Both the position numbers and the translations under genes were made by a program. A stretch of DNA of 64,000 nt, taken from positions 21,288,534 through 21,352,533 of the forward strand of contig CM120644.1 in the NCBI GenBank assembly GCA_051362555.1, in the 5' to 3' direction. This document shows, in pieces, positions 61,913 through 64,000 of the stretch (position 1 is its first letter; every line of letters starts with the position of its first letter). The DNA is from Lingula anatina. Lineage: Eukaryota > Animalia > Brachiopoda. The notes beneath the pieces were generated by a model. It made no database searches and had not been told where the DNA came from. It saw only the letters and a list, made by a program, of their open reading frames with translations.

Positions 61913-64000
61913 GGTCCAGTATACCAACATTTTTGACAGTCTGCAAACCTGTGCCACTGGGGATTGGCACTTCATGAAGGGTCCATGTAAAGTGCATCTT
62001 TACAAGATGGTGTTGGTAGAGGATACCTTGCCTCTATGCAAAGTTACTGTTAGTTTTCGTCAAGATTGTTTTATGTCCATCAATGTCCATGGCAAAGCCA
62101 TACCCAACGACCATGATATCTACCACACATATGGACGGTACACCAGAACTGCGACTGATGTCCAACGAATTTTAGGATACATTGATCGCTCTTTCATTTG
62201 TACTGGAAATCCAGATGAGGACTTCAAGGGATTTGCCCCTGTCTGGAGTGGTCATTCATTTCAGTCCAGTGAAGGTGTGTCTGGTTATACTGAGGGTCCC
62301 ATGGGTGAAGCCTACACAAGTACTGTTCGGTCCATCAATTGCAGTATGCTCCTCAACCGCCAATCTACCAGGTGCCATTCATGCTGCGCATATCGTTGTG
62401 TTTTACGTGCTAAGAGGTCGGACAAGCAAAGATCAAGTGAGCGTTCCCCAGAGCCTTCAGCAACAACTCGACTTGACCTCTTAACTGTTGAAAGCCTTAG
62501 GAAAAGGAACAGTGCCCACAAGCAGAAAATCAGAGGGTTGTCAAAACGCCTTGAACAGTTAGAGCAGAAGCTTGCCACATCTATAGAGAGTGATGGAGTG
62601 GTACTTGATGACGAGATCACATCTCTTGTGAATACTGCCATGAGAGAAAATAAACCGTCCCCTTTCACAGATGAATTCCAGGCACTGTTTTGGGACCAAC
62701 AAAAGAAGGCAGCAGAAGCCAAAGACCCAAGAGGAGTGAAATGGCACCCAATGATAATCCGATGGGCGCTGGCAATAAAATTAAAATCTAGTTCAGCGTA
62801 CGAAGTGCTGAAAAATTCTGGTTTCATACGCTTACCTTCATCTAGGACTTTTCAAGACTACACAAATGTCTTTAAAGTAAAAAGTGGATATCAGAAGGAG
62901 GCTTTTGTGCAGATGCAGACAGAAATTCAAAATCTAAAGCTTGACAAGTCACAATTGTATGTTACTCTCTTGCATGATGAAGTAAAAATTAAGTCCGATT
63001 TAGTTTTTGGCAAACATTCTGGAGAGTTAATAGGATTCATAGATTTGGGCAGTTTAGGAAATGACATGTCAAATTATGAAAGGTCACTGAAGGCAGACAC
63101 CGAGTTGGTGCCAGAGCTTGCCAAATATATGCTGGTAGTCATGGTAAGAAGTTTAGCATCTAACTTCAAGTATGTGCTGGCTAGTTTTGCCACTGTAGGC
63201 ATTAGTGCAGGTTACCTTTTTCCTATTCTGTGGGAGGGCGTTGAAAGGTTGGAATACGTAGGAGTGAAAGTCTTGGCCATTACCTGTGATGGGGCCTCCC
63301 CTAATAGGAAGTTTTTTAGATTGCACAGAGTTGATGATGACGCAACTGTAATTTACAAGACCGAAAATGTCTTTGCTAGAGATGAAAAAAGGGACATTTT
63401 TTTCATATCTGACCCACCACATCTTTTGAAAACTGCACGAAATTGTTTTTCAAATTCACATGGTCATAAAGAAGTAGATCAATGTGGCGAAATGGGCATG
63501 ACATCTCTTGGCAACATGTAGTGAATTTATACGAAAGAGAATATCTGTCAGGCCTGAAGGTGAGGTATGCTGCACAAGTTCTGAGCAGCACTGTGGCCAA
63601 TGCCCTTCAAGTAACAGGTGGTGTGCAGGTCCAAGAAACTGTTAAATTCATCAGGATGTTTGATCGATTTTTTGACTGTCTTAATGGTCGTTCACTCCAT
63701 GAACACATCGCATCCAGAAAACCAGATTTGGCTCCTTATACAGATCCGCAAGATGAACGATTCAAGTGGCTGGAATGTGACTTCCTGGAAGATCTGAAGG
63801 CATGGAAAAGGGAAGTAGATGCTAGGCCAGGCTTTTCAAAGTCCGACAAACAGAAGATGCTGCTCAGCCCTCAGACTATGGAGGGAATTGAATTAACAGT
63901 CTTGTCTTTTATAGAATCCTGCCGTTTTTTACTGAGCAAAGGAGTTGCTTTTGTGCTAGCAGACCATTTCAATCAGGACCCCTTGGAGCAGTACTTTTCC
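61913..64000 (+). mobile_element. P-element/THAP9-like transposase (frameshifted, runs off window)
   Basis: WHPMIIRWAL...SAYEVL...LPSSRT; LLHDEVKIKSDL...GELIGFIDLG; CDGASPNRKF; SDPPHLLKTARN; frameshift ~63467; KVRYAAQVLS; FDRFFDCLN; NQDPLEQYF. Confidence 0.92.

Overview
AT-rich eukaryotic (metazoan) genomic DNA; the repeat families suggest a marine invertebrate, possibly a lophotrochozoan (inference). One apparently intact protein-coding gene can be reconstructed by hand: an 18-coding-exon receptor tyrosine kinase on the + strand (5562-21023, about 1031 aa). Its domains are signal peptide - EGF-like - kringle - EGF-like - FN3 - FN3 - Ig - Ig - TM - Cad96Ca/Stitcher(RET-related)-type kinase, and a putative promoter with IRF- and NF-kB-like motifs lies upstream. 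The rest is intergenic DNA and a dense transposon graveyard: a deleted Tc1, many MITEs, two Penelope-like remnants with hammerhead-ribozyme motifs, a G2E3-like HECT pseudogene, and pogo, ISL2EU-like, Kolobok-like, intron-containing Tc1-like and P/THAP9-like transposase remnants. A four-level nest (Penelope-like > CACTA/EnSpm > Helentron-type HINE > palindromic MITE) carries a 146-bp satellite with a 4-monomer higher-order repeat. All calls come from manual reading; no searches were run.
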